Shown here one piece after another: positions 27,891-40,192 of a stretch of 64,000 bases of DNA. The notes below the pieces were generated by a model that saw only the letters and a list, made by a program, of their open reading frames with translations, had not been told where the DNA came from and did no database searches. Origin of the DNA: Harriotta raleighana (lineage: Eukaryota). Location: the NCBI GenBank assembly GCA_050575255.1, contig JBNZDD010013717.1:3864120-3928119 (forward strand), written 5' to 3'. How positions within the stretch are numbered: position 1 is the first letter of the stretch; every line of letters starts with the position of its first letter. A program made the position numbers and the translations under genes.

Positions 27891-28870
27891 CAAAGCTTTG
27901 CTATTTTCTACCTATTCAGATTAGCATACAAAATCAAAACTTACATTTTGTTTTATGTTTTAGACATTGTGCATTTCTTTAACAATGTCTGCAACTATAA
28001 ACAACATACTGCAGCTATCTTAATGTCTTTCTATTTCTTACCTATCATACCATTAACACAGAAGACAAAGATAGTTTACAACAAGGTGTAAAACTAAACA
28101 TGTAGGGTGAAAATAGATATTAAACTCACAATTTGTAATATTATAAAACTTGCCAAATAATGCTTCATTTATCAAAATCCATCAAAACTCATTATTGTAC
28201 ACCTAATATTTAGTTATAAAATATTTTAGGGTCTTTGAAAAGAACATAAGAGCAGAAGTATGCGATACAGACCCTCGAGCGTGTCCAAAATTCTATTAGA
28301 TCATGGCTGATCCGTACCTCAACTCCAATCTTTCCAATGCCTCTGTTGGTAAATCTACTGTCTGGTGTCAGACTGCTAAGTGGTCTGTTATCCTGCTACT
28401 CAGCATCTGCCATACTGTCAATGCAGTTTTACTATAATGAATTTAATTCCATGTAAAATTAAGATTTACATAAACCTAATTGAACCAGCATGGTCATGAA
28501 CTAGAAAATCATTATGACATTCATCCAATTAATTTCCAGCGTATAAAATGTGATATGTTATTAAAGTAATTTGCATCATAGAATTCATAGCCATTGAGAG
28601 TGGTGTACATTGTGGATGGTGTCAAAATAAAAGGCATTGGGAGTTAATCTGTTCTTTACTAAGTAAATTGCACATCAAGATTGTGCACATTTAACAAACA
28701 AAGAAAGTTATTTTGTTCACAAGATGCAAGCTGTAACTTATTCAAAACAGGAAATTTACAATCCAAATACCAAACAAAATAAATATTGAGATCTATCATA
28801 CACAATCATCAACTTGGCACAGTTTGGGTTAAAAGATTGTTCATTCAAGCCCTACCTCAGGGTTTACAGT

Positions 28871-29180
28871 AGAGCCCTGTAGCTCAGTGGTTAGAGCACT
28901 CGCCTTGCAAGCGAGAGACATGGGTTCAATTCCAGGCAGGGTGAAACATTAGGCAAGTTTCCTTGCTCCACACGCCTAATAATAATCCCTCAAAAAAACA
29001 ATAATACTGTAAATTGTCATTTCAATCCACGACTGTTTTTGGGACACTGCTGTGCGCAATTGGCTGCCATGTTTCACCCACAAATATACAATCAATTCAC
29101 TTTACAGTATTTTCTTTGAACCACTTTGAGATGTATGAAGACTTGAAAAGCACTATATCAAATGCCAGGATCATTATATT
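28871..29180 (+). mobile_element. tRNA(Ala)-like headed Deu-type SINE, left arm of an inverted pair
   Basis: GTAGCTCAGTGGTTAGAGC A box, anticodon arm CTCGC-CTTGCAA-GCGAG (TGC), GGTTCAATTCC B box, Deu core, tail. Confidence 0.9.
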
Positions 29181-29189
29181 ACTATAATA

Positions 29190-29524
29190 ATAAAGCACTT
29201 TTCACGTCTTCTAGATATCTCAAAGTGGTTCAAAGAAAATACTGTAAAATTAATTGATTGTATATTTTTGGGTGAAACACGGCAGCCAATTGCACACAGC
29301 AGTGTCCCACAAAGAGTCATCAAATTATTATTGTTTTTCCATTTTTTCTTGAGGGATTATTATCCCCGGCAAAGCAATCCACCAATCGATTAACAATTGG
29401 GTTCCTATTTACTGCTTGGTAAACAAAGCCGTGTGGAGTAAGGAAACTTGCCCAACATTTTGCCCTTCCAGGAATAGAACTCAGGTCTTTCCTTTGAGAG
29501 ACAGGTTCTCTAACCACTGAGCTC
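29190..29524 (-). mobile_element. Deu-type SINE, right arm of the inverted pair
   Basis: Reverse complement contains GAGCTCAGTGGTTAGAG head, GGGCAAGTTTCCTTACTCCACACG, Deu core and tail. Confidence 0.88.
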
Positions 29525-30168
29525 ATATTCTAGTTACATTTAGTGCACAACTGAGCAAGCATTAAACCCAGTTATAATCACCCCCACAGAATGGGTTAGC
29601 ACGGTATTGTTGTGATGGAATACAGGAAATACATACAGTATACTTTTGGTTTCTGGTGCTGACTGACTCCTTGCTCGCACTCTCCCATCTTTCCAGTCCT
29701 GCCTGAAACCTTTCCTTTTCGACTGTGCTTAAGATCACCTCCCCCTATCCACCTCAGACTTCCACCACTGTTAAGTTCTCTGAGATGCTATCCTGCATGG
29801 AGGGCGCTATATAAGTGCAAGTTGTTGTTATCGTTGACTGTCTTCCTGTACAACACCCTTACATAATAAACACGAAGTTACATTTATAGTGGGCGTTTTT
29901 GATTTGATGTCCGATTTTATAAACCCAAACCATCAATTATAATGGGATACAACCCCAGTCAAAAATGCACACTGTTGGGCGGGACATTGAATTGAGGTCG
30001 GGTAGAGATTAAAGATTTCCTGACACTTATTCAAAAAAGGAAGAAAGATTTTCTTAGTGTCCTGACCAACAAATATCCAGATTAATTGTTCTTTCATCTC
30101 ATGACTATTTGTAATCGCTTCCTTGCTGGCTCATTTGCCTGCAAATGCAGTCACTATAATTTACAGTA

Positions 30169-30798
30169 CAGTAAAACCCCGTTTATCTGGCACCCACAGG
30201 ACCTGGCCAGTGGCGGTTAAACGGTTTTCTGGTTAAACGGATTTAAAAAAAAAATATTTTAACACAGTAATAACAGATTAACAGCTCCCACTCTATGCAA
30301 ACACAGGAAGCTGCCATCCGCATACCACTAATTCTCAGCGAGAGGAAGGCATGGTCAATTACTGTGAAGCCTTCTTGCGAGGTATTTTGAATTGATTGAA
30401 TAGGCTGGACTTGCAGAGTGAGAGTACACACACACATACAAATGTAAATGTTGAATAATACTATATAAATAATAGACTAAATACACTAATAACAGATACT
30501 ATACTAACAGAATATTGTATTAGTTCTTTATTATTTATCCTTAACTTCTACAATGGCTGCCAAAGGAGGAAAGAAAACGGTACTTTTTTAAAAAGATAGT
30601 ATCGCGAGATTTTAAAAAAAACGTCAGTAGCCTTACTTTAGGCTCGACTAGCGGCCGCCGATATAACTGCACCAGTACTCGCTTGCGACAATCCATTCTG
30701 CTGGATAACTTCCGGTTAATCGAATCAGGACTTTTTTTGAGATAGCAGTTGAACAGATTTTCCAGTTCATCGAGTCACGGATAAACAAGGTTTTACTG
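30169..30798. mobile_element. MITE copy C (opposite orientation to A)
   Basis: TA|CAGTAAAACCCCGTTTATCTGG ... CGGATAAACAAGGTTTTACTG|TA. Confidence 0.9.
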
Positions 30799-30829
30799 TA
30801 ATTACATGTGAAGCACTTTGGAATACAAA

Positions 30830-31170
30830 CTCAGTGATTAGAGCACACTCCTTGTAAACGGAAGACCTGGATTTTATTCCCGGCGGGCAAAACGTTGGGC
30901 AAGTTTCCTTTCTCCACATGCCTCTGTTTACCTTCACTTAAGTAGGAAACTGGTTGTTAGTCGATTGGCGGATTGCTTTTCTGAAGGTAATAATTCCTTA
31001 AAAACATACATTGGTCACTTCAAGTTTTTCGGACACTGCTGTGCATAATTGACAGCTGCATTCCACCCACAAAATATACAGTAAATTCACTTTACAGTAT
31101 ATTCTGTTAGGACTTTGAGACATCTCAAAGACAGGAAAGGGCACTATATCAAATTCAAGGATTATTATTA
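30830..31170 (+). mobile_element. Deu-type SINE
   Basis: Same head, core and (ATT)n tail as 28871. Confidence 0.85.
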
Positions 31171-32176
31171 ATGAAAACTACTGTTCCTTTAAGTTACAAA
31201 TATTTTCAAGTGCACATATTGTCAAAGCAAAATGCTTTCTCAGATAAATGTGTAAATATCACACCAACATTTTGATATCACATCAACATCACAGAACTTT
31301 AACTCAATTTATTATTTGTACAGTATATTGTGAAAGAGTACCATCTAGTGGTAATATGGAGACCAAGCTATGAATGGTTTAATTTTGATTGTTATACTGC
31401 AAACCTAGATAAATTTATTTAAACCAAATACTGCTGCAAGTATACTTTGTCTTTGTCAACAATTGATCTGATTGCCAATGATGTGGAAGAATAGTTCACA
31501 AAGATATCACAGCAATATTAACTGCAGAGGCTATGTTTGTTGGTAAGAGATTTCTCAGCAAGTGTGTTCCTAATCACAACCTGGTTTACTAAATCTGGAA
31601 CCGATCATAGATTTGATGTTTTTCAAAGGTAGCAACTGAGAAATAAACAATAGAGGACACGCTAAATTTTGCATGGCAGTGTAACAGTTAGCATCATAAA
31701 TGGATATTTTGAGCTATTAAAGTTATTAAAATATCTGCCCAAATTGAATAAATTGGTGGAATTTATGGGTTGAATGGGTCCTTCTTGATGGGTTGATCTG
31801 TTCCTATTTTCCTAAGTTCATAGGAACATAGGCATTGCTGGAAAAAAAGATCAAGGTCCATCTAATTCACCTTCTACCAACCTGGCAATCATAGACTACA
31901 ATAACAATGGAGATGTTGACTAACATCAGTCCACTGACTTATCTGGGAAATAATGTATCTGTGTAGAAAAATAACACAATCTTAAAGGGGTTTGACTGTT
32001 CCACTAAAAAGTAAAACACAAAGATATAAATACTAATTTCACCAGAAAAATGCCATATTTGTGTGGGAAATGTAAGATACAAAATGCATATAGTAGCTTA
32101 AAAGGGCAAATATTTTAAAGTATTTTAAGTACTTTTAAACAGAGCAAAATAATTTTGGCAAATATTCACTACTTAC

Positions 32177-32264
32177 CTGAGCTTTGCAATGCAACAATAC
32201 CAGGAGCTGTTGCGGCTACCTGTGTAACCATAACTCCATATCCAAATTTTTCACATTTGCTCAC
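32177..32264 (-). CDS. TBC1D32: TBC1D32 exon: VSKCEKFGYGVMVTQVAATAPGIVALQSS(G)
   Basis: 88 nt, tggcag| ... |gtaagt, KFGYGV motif, phase 0-1. Confidence 0.95.
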
Positions 32265-32947
32265 CTGCCAATTTAAGAAACAAAAATGCATGTGATTTAA
32301 GTTTATTTGGCTGTATATTCTCTGTGCATACCATACTACAAAGCCAAGATTATTTGGAAAGGCAACATTAATAAGAGCAACTTGCATTTCTTTGGTGCCC
32401 TTCATCTGGGTCATGTCTTGAAGCATCGCATAATAGAGGCCCAGACGTGTGTGGGGTGGGGGGGATGGTTAATTAAAGCATGTTTATAGAGGAAAGCCTT
32501 CAGTGAAAGTTGAAGACTGGCAACGAGAGGGCAAGATGGAGGATTTGAGGCAAAAAGAAATGTTGCATTTACCCTCCTCAAAATAAATGATTTTGCTTCC
32601 AGCAAGAAAGCAGTGTGGAATAGAAAGGCTGATTTATACAGTAGTACGCTCTCCATAATAGTACAGTATAAGCCATTAAAATATTAACACTAAATTCTAA
32701 ATTAAATGTAATAGAATGCAAGAATTATCATTAAACTGCAGCAGAATAATTCAAACTGCTGCTGAAAACATTCTCTTTAGATGTTTATATCCAAGTCTCC
32801 AGAACAATTCTCACCAAAACAATACCAATTTATAAATGCACATTTCAGGAATGCACAATCACTACCCAAATCAGCCATAATTCATTGAGAAATATGCAGA
32901 ATAAATGTAGCAAAAGGAATTGCTTCATCATAGTATCCTGGATATAC

Positions 32948-33086
32948 CTGGAGCTTTTTCGTGAATCTGCTAAACATGTAGGTCACACACTCATTAATCG
33001 CTCCTGTCTGTTGCAAAAGCAACAACCCTTTAGGAGTGGCAGCAAAATTCAGCAGATTGTCCAGCAGCACTTCTTCTAAGAGCATC
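32948..33086 (-). CDS. TBC1D32: TBC1D32 exon: [46 protein letters not shown]
   Basis: 139 nt, tttcag| ... CAG|gtata, phase 2-0. Confidence 0.96.
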
Positions 33087-33122
33087 CTGAAAATAGATTC
33101 AAAAACTGTATAAAACATGATA

Positions 33123-33422
33123 CAGTAAAACCTTGTTCATCCGTGACCCAATCAACCAGATTGCTCAACACCCTCCGGGGCAATTCCCCATTCCAGAATC
33201 TGTAAAAAAATGCTGTTTTACGGATTTTTTCCCGACTGTGCTAGAATGCTTTATTGGTAAGTATCCATATAATATTCTGTTACTATGTCATCTATTATTA
33301 ACATGGTTGTTGTAAAATAAGTTAATTTTTTATGTTGGGTTTTCAGCAACTTGTCCCCCGTTTATCCAGCACAGTCAAGTAGTCGACCCCCCCGAATGGG
33401 CCGGATAAACAAGATTTTACAG
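33123..33422. mobile_element. MITE copy D (short)
   Basis: TA|CAGTAAAACCTTGTTCATCCG ... CGGATAAACAAGATTTTAC; shared AT-rich core. Confidence 0.85.
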
Positions 33423-33931
33423 AATGAAAATGCATGTAGCTTTGGTTATAAATAAACAAAATACGTCCCAAACCGTGCTCTCTGACTGCAAAATAACATT
33501 TTAAAAAATAGTCCACCAATAGCCAAGCAGCAAGATAAAACATTAGAAAAAAAAATCAGAGAATTGCATATGATTCATTACAATTGGTTAATCTATTCTA
33601 CAAACATTTAAATTAATTAAAGAACGTTCAAATGTTTTTTTTCACAAGTTTTATTGCTGAACTTTAACGCAGGAACATAAGAAAATTCATAGATTCAACT
33701 ATTTGACCCACTGACACATTTCCTCCACTCTTATCACTCCCATCAAGGCTAATTATATCTAATTATATTTAGAATAAACTCAATGGTTTTTTATTTTCTG
33801 GCCTTGATCTCAACTGTTCAGATTTATCTTGTTTACATAAAATGAACTCACGACATTTGACAGTAATTACTGTTAAATACTGTTTGACATTTTGATGTTA
33901 TAGATCCTCTGTCAGATTATCATTATTATTT

Positions 33932-34220
33932 GGAGTCTTGTAGCTCAGTGGGAGCAAGTGAGAGATCTAGCAGAAGTAGGAACCCAGTTGTCAGTCGATT
34001 GGCGAATCGCTTTTCTGAGTGAAATAATTCCTTCAAAAAATAATAGTAAGAAATTGCTCACTCAATCCACAACTGTTTGTGGGACCTGCTATGCACAATT
34101 GGCTGCCGCATTTCACCCACAAATATAAAATCAATTAACTTTATAGCATATTCTGTGAAGAGTTTTGAGACATCTCAAAGACATGATATGGCACTATATC
34201 AAATGCAAGGATTATTATTA
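33932..34220 (+). mobile_element. Deu-type SINE (deletion in head)
   Basis: GGAGTCTTGTAGCTCAGTGG head, core and AAATGCAAGGATTATTATTA tail. Confidence 0.85.
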
Positions 34221-35699
34221 TCCAAATATTTGTCACTCTTCAAATCACTTGAATGCGTTGATTCACTTGTGCTAAGATATTCCAGGGGACATCCGCCATG
34301 TCTTAAAGCCCCATTCGGCAATTGAAAAAATGTACAGCACAATAGTGTGGATGTGGGGAGCCCTCTCAAGAATATTTAAGGAACTCAACAAAGCTCTGGC
34401 ATTGTAACCAAGCAGCTGAGAGGGGTTTCCCAAGGTTATTGCAGCACAGATTTATTACCCTCATCCAGGAACCAACATTTAATTCGCTCATAAGCATACA
34501 CCATTTCAATCTACTGTACTTCCTATGCAGTGTCTTGAGTCACCAAACTCCTTCCATCCATGTCTATCTCTGCCAGAGAAACTCTGAACAGTAACCAACC
34601 CTTTACAAATGAACAGGAAGTGTCATTTGTGGTTTCATTTCACGAAGGCACAAAGGAGAATATTTAACTATAGAATATTACAGACTTTCATTAAACTAGC
34701 AAAAATATCCAGTTATGCTCATACATATAAGTTACCAGGGCTGACCTAGCTCCACTGTGCGGATAAGTCACCTCTCAGTAACCTTGTGTGTATCCACACA
34801 AATTTGCATATGTGTATAAACTACCGGTATCTCAAAGGCCAAACACACTTCCACATTGGAATCAGATGCAGAGAAGCAGAAAAGGGGATAAGTGGACATA
34901 CAGAGAACCACTGTTCTACTGGAATATAGAGAGATATGACTAATGTCAAAATTATCTGTGTTTACTGCTATATGAATTTTACCCTTTACAATCCAGCTGT
35001 CGTGAAATGAGGAAAGAAATACAATTTTAGTTTTAGTAATCTGAAATTCAATGTTGCAAATTCACTTAAACAAAGGTATGCTCTACTGTAGTGTTTTCAA
35101 ATTGTGCTGGTATTCAGCACAGATGCAAAATTTCTGACAGGGAATCAAAAAGTAATTCTTCATTTTCTGTTTACTAATTTCTCTGAAAGATCTTATGTTA
35201 GCTGTTTTCCAGTTACTGTATCAGTTGGATTGAATAAGATGAGACATTTCTTTTAAACAAATCTTATGAGATTCAGACAGCTTTAACAATGAAGGTGAGA
35301 ATACATACGTATTTGGAGCATTCACTGTAAACCAAATATTTTTGCCTATGAATCCATTTGTTTTGACTCTTTCTCTGGGAGAAATTAATCTTTAATCTGA
35401 CTGGGGACTTGCCACATCTCATCTGTACCAAGTCAGCGTTTAGTGAATCAGCAGCTTCTTTTACCATTATTTAGGGTCCAGGTTCTATAAAAATGGCTCT
35501 CCTGGGGAAAATCTTTATTCCTTTTATATTAACTCTAATTGTTCAGTCATTGACTATAGGGAGGAGTTGAAGGAGAGAGATATTTAAGTGATGTAGCCTT
35601 TTGATCATCAATCGCTCATAAAAGCATTCCTAATGTACCAATGTAATATTTCGAGTTCCTACACGAGTCCCTCTGCACCAAATTGTACCAGCCGCATCA

Positions 35700-36130
35700 T
35701 TAGCCTCCAGTAACTTGTGGACAATTTCCACATTGCCGAAGTGGATTCCCAATCTGCTGGAACTCTTCCCACATTCTAGTACAAGGCTGCACCAAAAGCA
35801 GCGCTCCACTTTCAGCACCAGAGCAACTCCAAACAAATCTACTCTTTAAAATACACAAAATCCTTCAAGAGAACAGAGAGCAGTTCCTGGGAACAAGAGC
35901 TGTGCCACTCAATAACAAGAAAGGACTGGAACAGTGCCTGGAGGTTGACTCTCATTACCTGCTCCTCTGGTGGATAGAGAGACTAGCTACATATCCCATA
36001 CACATTCAATTTCACAAACAATTCAAGAGACCTAGCTTGTGGCCAAACAGATACATATTGCATACATTTTATGCCTTTGTGATAAATGATCTGAAAAGCA
36101 CTAAATTGAAGACTGACCTTCCCAGTACCC
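35700..36130 (+). mobile_element. Decayed L1-clade ORF2 C-terminal remnant
   Basis: One frame with stops reads SLQ*LVDNFHIAEVD ... SKQIYSL ... WEQELCHSITRKDWNSAW, resembling the WE.ELG..I...W region of fish-type L1. Confidence 0.45.
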
Positions 36131-36769
36131 CGAACTGAAAACTCACAGGCTGGGATTGTTTAACATTTCTAACAGCAAGAATATGTATTCATCAGACCAT
36201 AACAATTTCACGTGAAGACAAGGTACAACGAGACATCCACCAATCTAAATGAGTGACTCATGGTCTGAACCTGGACTAGGGATGCACCAAAACGCATGGA
36301 TGCCCTTCCTTCAGCTATATTCTACCTCTACATTCTCACATCAACTTCAAGTTAGAGTAAATCCCAGGCCAATTGATAACCAAGGAAAAGAAGCTAGCCC
36401 CGATCCACAAACACCTTAGAAACTAACCCAAGCTTTCCGGTGAGCCCTACGCCACCAAGACTGCAGGGCCTAATTTTCCCTCACTAATAAGCAACCCTTT
36501 AATAGGCAGAACTTCCAAAATGTACACATCCATGCAAGATTTTCTATTATTTAACAGCAAGTAGAGGCATATTCATACACTATTTATCAACATTAAAGAA
36601 AATGTGTAAACTGCACCAATTTATTTTAAAAACAATGTAAAATTGTTTTCTGGCAATGGGAACAATTTAGGGGTACATTTGATATTGATCACATTGCATG
36701 TAATCAAATGGACAGGGTCCACACCCCCAACATTGTTTTCAATAGCAAAGTCTGTGAACCCATAATAAA

Positions 36770-37070
36770 AAATAATCCTTGCACTTGATATAGCACTTAT
36801 TATGTCTTCTAGACGTTTCAAAGTGTGTCACAGAATATACTGTAAAGTGAATTGACTACATATTTGTCGTCGAAACGCAGCAGCTAATTGCACACAGCAG
36901 TGTCCCATAAACAGTCGTGAATTAGCTGACCAATTTATTTATTTTTCTTGAGGGATTATTATTAGGCGTGTGGAGTAAAGAAATTTGCCCAAGGTTTTGC
37001 TTTGCCGAGAATTAAACCAAGGTCTCTCGCTTGTGAGGCCTTTGCTCTAATCACTGAGCTACAAGACTCC
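36770..37070 (-). mobile_element. Deu-type SINE, head about 85 nt downstream of an exon donor
   Basis: Reverse complement of the full head-core-tail. Confidence 0.85.
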
Positions 37071-37153
37071 GTGGGAGTACGGGAAGAGGAACATTTCCCT
37101 TGGACTGAATATCTAATGTGCTGCTGAATTCAGCTAAATGCTTTTATACATAC

Positions 37154-37236
37154 ATGTTTTGCAATTCATGAGCTGTTGAAGAACCAGATTCAGTTCCTGC
37201 CACAGGTGTAGGTATCCGATCTGAGATGACACTAGC
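37154..37236 (-). CDS. TBC1D32: TBC1D32 exon: ASVISDRIPTPVAGTESGSSTAHELQN(M)
   Basis: 83 nt, aattag| ... |gtatgt, RIPTPV motif, phase 0-2. Confidence 0.92.
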
Positions 37237-37489
37237 CTAATTGTTTTTAAAAAAGCACCGTCAAAATTAATCAGATTAAATATAATTTGCTTTTGAATTG
37301 CACAACTCTGAATAAAGTGTAGAATATGGTCAATGTTATTAATAAAAAATGTTGATTGTTCGATGTGTCATAAAGTAATTTTTTCAAACATGATTTCTGT
37401 CTTTATTATTACTTAAAAATCACTACAGTATTAATGATTGAAAAAAATTACAAAAACAATTGGCAGTTAACTTGCAATCTTTGCACAGC

Positions 37490-37855
37490 TCCATTGGCTC
37501 CCCATCCCTCAAGGTTCAAGTTCAAGATCCTCATTCTCACCTTTAAACTATTTCACAGTCTTGTCCCACCCTACTTCTACAACCTCCTTCAACTCTATCA
37601 ACTGAGTCACTCCCTCAGCTTACTTCAAGTCTCCAACTGAATCTCCCCCATAATTGATAGGGGGGCTTTCAAGCACTCTGACCCTGTTCTCTAGAATTGT
37701 TTTCCAGCATCCATCCAATATCCACCCATCTTTCGGTTGGGATGAAGGATGGCAGAGAAGTTAGGAGGATGACTGAAGGCACGGTCGAAGAGGGTCTTGA
37801 AACTGGCTTTGAAGGAGGCAAGAAAGGGACTGTGGGATGGAGTTCTAAAGTATAA
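37490..37855. mobile_element. Two L2 3' fragments in opposite orientation
   Basis: Plus strand FKFKILILTFK to about 37720; minus strand NSIP...SFKASFKTL at about 37740-37850. Confidence 0.7.
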
Positions 37856-38518
37856 CAATTACATTGGTTAGTTTATTCCGTGAATAAGCTGAACCATCTA
37901 CTCCAGGACCCTTTTTTTTTGCAATTGAACTGTGTTGAGTCAGTATATCTCAGTCAGGAAGTAGTAGGGACACAGCATCTGGTCTGGGAGCTGGCAGGTA
38001 TCTGCAGGTTTGGGAAGGAGTTCCCACTTTTCCTCGTTTTCTAATTATCACTGCTCAAAAGTGTGCTTGTATGGATATCACATATTTGGCTGTGATAGCA
38101 TTCATGGCCAAATTGACTAGCAATACTCTGTGATGAGCCTCACATATTTGGCTGAAATGCCAGAATTCTTCAGCACCTACATAGCTCGAAATAACAATAG
38201 TATACATACTAACTTCAGGAGAGGAAGGGAAAAATAAAAAAAACATAGTCTTCAGAAGTTACAATGAAATACCCTGGATTCATGATTGCTTTGTTGCTTA
38301 TTTTAATTCAGTGCCCTCAACATGATCAATAATTCATGCTTATGACTGTGTTCAATGTCACAAAAACTTGCCAGTGAACCAAATCTATAAATGAAAACAG
38401 TAAATATTCTTTCAACCTTTTTTTTGGAAACAGTGAATCTCACACTATAAAAGGCAAAAATAAAATGTAGCAAACAAAGCTGTTGGTACCAGCAATTTCA
38501 CGCAATTAAATTTCTTAC

Positions 38519-38720
38519 CTTTTTCCATGCTTCAGAGATGGATTTATGTAGCCCATAAGGCATAAGCACCTGCAGACCATCACAGGTATTGTACATCTGA
38601 CGACATACAAAGATGAAAGCCCCTTTAAGACCTGGAGATGATTCAGAGGAAGCTAAAGCAGGAAGCTCTCCATCAAGCAGCTTTTTAGTAAAGTCAGCAA
38701 TTATTTGTGCAGCAGAAAGA
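38519..38720 (-). CDS. TBC1D32: TBC1D32 exon: LSAAQIIADFTKKLLDGELPALASSESSPGLKGAFIFVCRQMYNTCDGLQVLMPYGLHKSISEAWKK
   Basis: 202 nt within ORF 38498..38893, tgccag| ... AAG|gtaag, phase 2-0. Confidence 0.95.
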
Positions 38721-38804
38721 CTGGCAACAGAAAGAAAAAATAAACGTTGTGATAGATTGCATACATAAATTTTAAATATCTCTGAACTCAGAATTTTTTT
38801 GTGA

Positions 38805-39270
38805 CAACAACTTGCACTTAGTGCCCTCCACATAGGGTAGTGTCTCAGAATGCTTAAAGTGGTGGAACCTGATCTGTCATGTGACAAATGCATGTGAGAG
38901 AGGAAGGAGAGCTGGGAGTCGGACCCCTAAATTGCACATTGGTTCGGTGAGTGTGAGAGATTCCAGGGAGGTTGAGCAGTTCAGATCCAGTGGGGTGAAG
39001 ATGTTGATGGGAGCAAGGAATATGGTTTCTGTCTTGCCCACATTCAACTGCAGGAACGCCTCATCCAGGCGTTGATGTCTGTCAGACAAACTGATAGAAC
39101 ATTGGTGGACCTGCAGTTGCTACTGGAGGAAGCAAAATAGATTTGTGTGTCATTTGCACACAAGTGGAAGTTTACTCCAGGCCTGCTGATGACATCGCCC
39201 AGAGGGAGCACATAGATTAGGGAAAGAAAAGGGCAAAGGATGGACCCCTGGGTACTCCGCAGGTGGTCAG
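38805..39270 (-). mobile_element. L2 RT fragment with tail
   Basis: GVPRGS, DTQIY, FLQLNVGKTE, NLGV motifs. Confidence 0.8.
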
Positions 39271-40064
39271 CTGGGTGTCTGAAACATGCAGAAACTCATC
39301 ACAGTGTGTAGGAGTGTTCAACTCAGAAAGGAAAACTTGTTTCGATCAACAATATTAATTTCTTAATTAATGCAAATTATTTTTTCTTTATTCTTTATTT
39401 CTTTCTTTATTCTTAAAGAATAAATATAGATGGAGAGAGTGGGGATGTGCAACAAGACCGAGTTAGCCAGACAAGCCAAGGAATGGAGGAGGACTTCTAA
39501 GAGATTGGGATGTGCTTGGTGATGAAATGTGAAATCAAGAATAATACTAAAGCTTGCATATTGAACTTTGGGAGGAGCGCCTCAAAGGACTTCACAACAT
39601 TTTATTGGTGAGTGTACACTTGTAGGTGAAGACATTTTATTTGCTTTGGCAGCAGAATCAATGTGAAGTAGAATATAAGCAAATTGTCATATTTACCGCC
39701 GGGTGGCAAAATGAATGGATATAAAAGAGGTTACATTTGTGTAACAGAATTATTGGCAAAAATTGAGAAATGTGCAATGGGTATCCCTGTTATAATAACT
39801 AGCCGATAATAGGAAATAAATTAAGGCTATTTTCACCCACAAAATACAGTCAATTCACTTTACAATATATTCTGTGAAGCATTTTGAGAAGTATCAACAA
39901 CAATACCAAATGCAAGGATTATTATTATTACTTTACATGTGACGTTATCAACAATAATTTTGACCTGTGCCTCAAAGATAACAGGCAATATTGGAACCAC
40001 AGTGCTGTTCAGCAGTTTTAATATTGTATTGTCACTTCCCCCAAGTTTCAAAATATGTTGTTAC

Positions 40065-40192
40065 CTGTCTCCTTCAGCAGGTTTGTTACTTTCACCAAAA
40101 AGGAGCAGTGAAAGCCCTCGGTCAGTGGAGGCAATCCTTGCCAAAATATCTGCTATGTTTGTCAGGATTGTTTCATCAGAGGCAATTGCAAC
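40065..40192 (-). CDS. TBC1D32: TBC1D32 exon: VAIASDETILTNIADILARIASTDRGLSLLLFGESNKPAEGD(S)
   Basis: 128 nt, gaatag| ... |gtaac, ILARIAS motif, phase 0-2. Confidence 0.93.

Noticed and set aside
28871-28945. Apparent tRNA-Ala(TGC) gene
   Set aside because: It continues into a SINE body and tail, lacks a proper acceptor stem and terminator, and recurs in several decayed copies. It is a SINE head.
31340-31358. CTCF-like motif CCACTAGATGGTA (minus strand); similar at about 60253
   Set aside because: Imperfect single motifs expected by chance in 64 kb; no supporting evidence.
32938-32947. Donor GTATATCC as a U12-type intron
   Set aside because: It does not match GTATCCTT, and I saw no TCCTTAAC branch site before the next acceptor.
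37490-37855. Opposed L2 pieces as a twin-priming inversion
   Set aside because: The geometry is tail-to-tail, not that of twin priming; independent insertions explain it.
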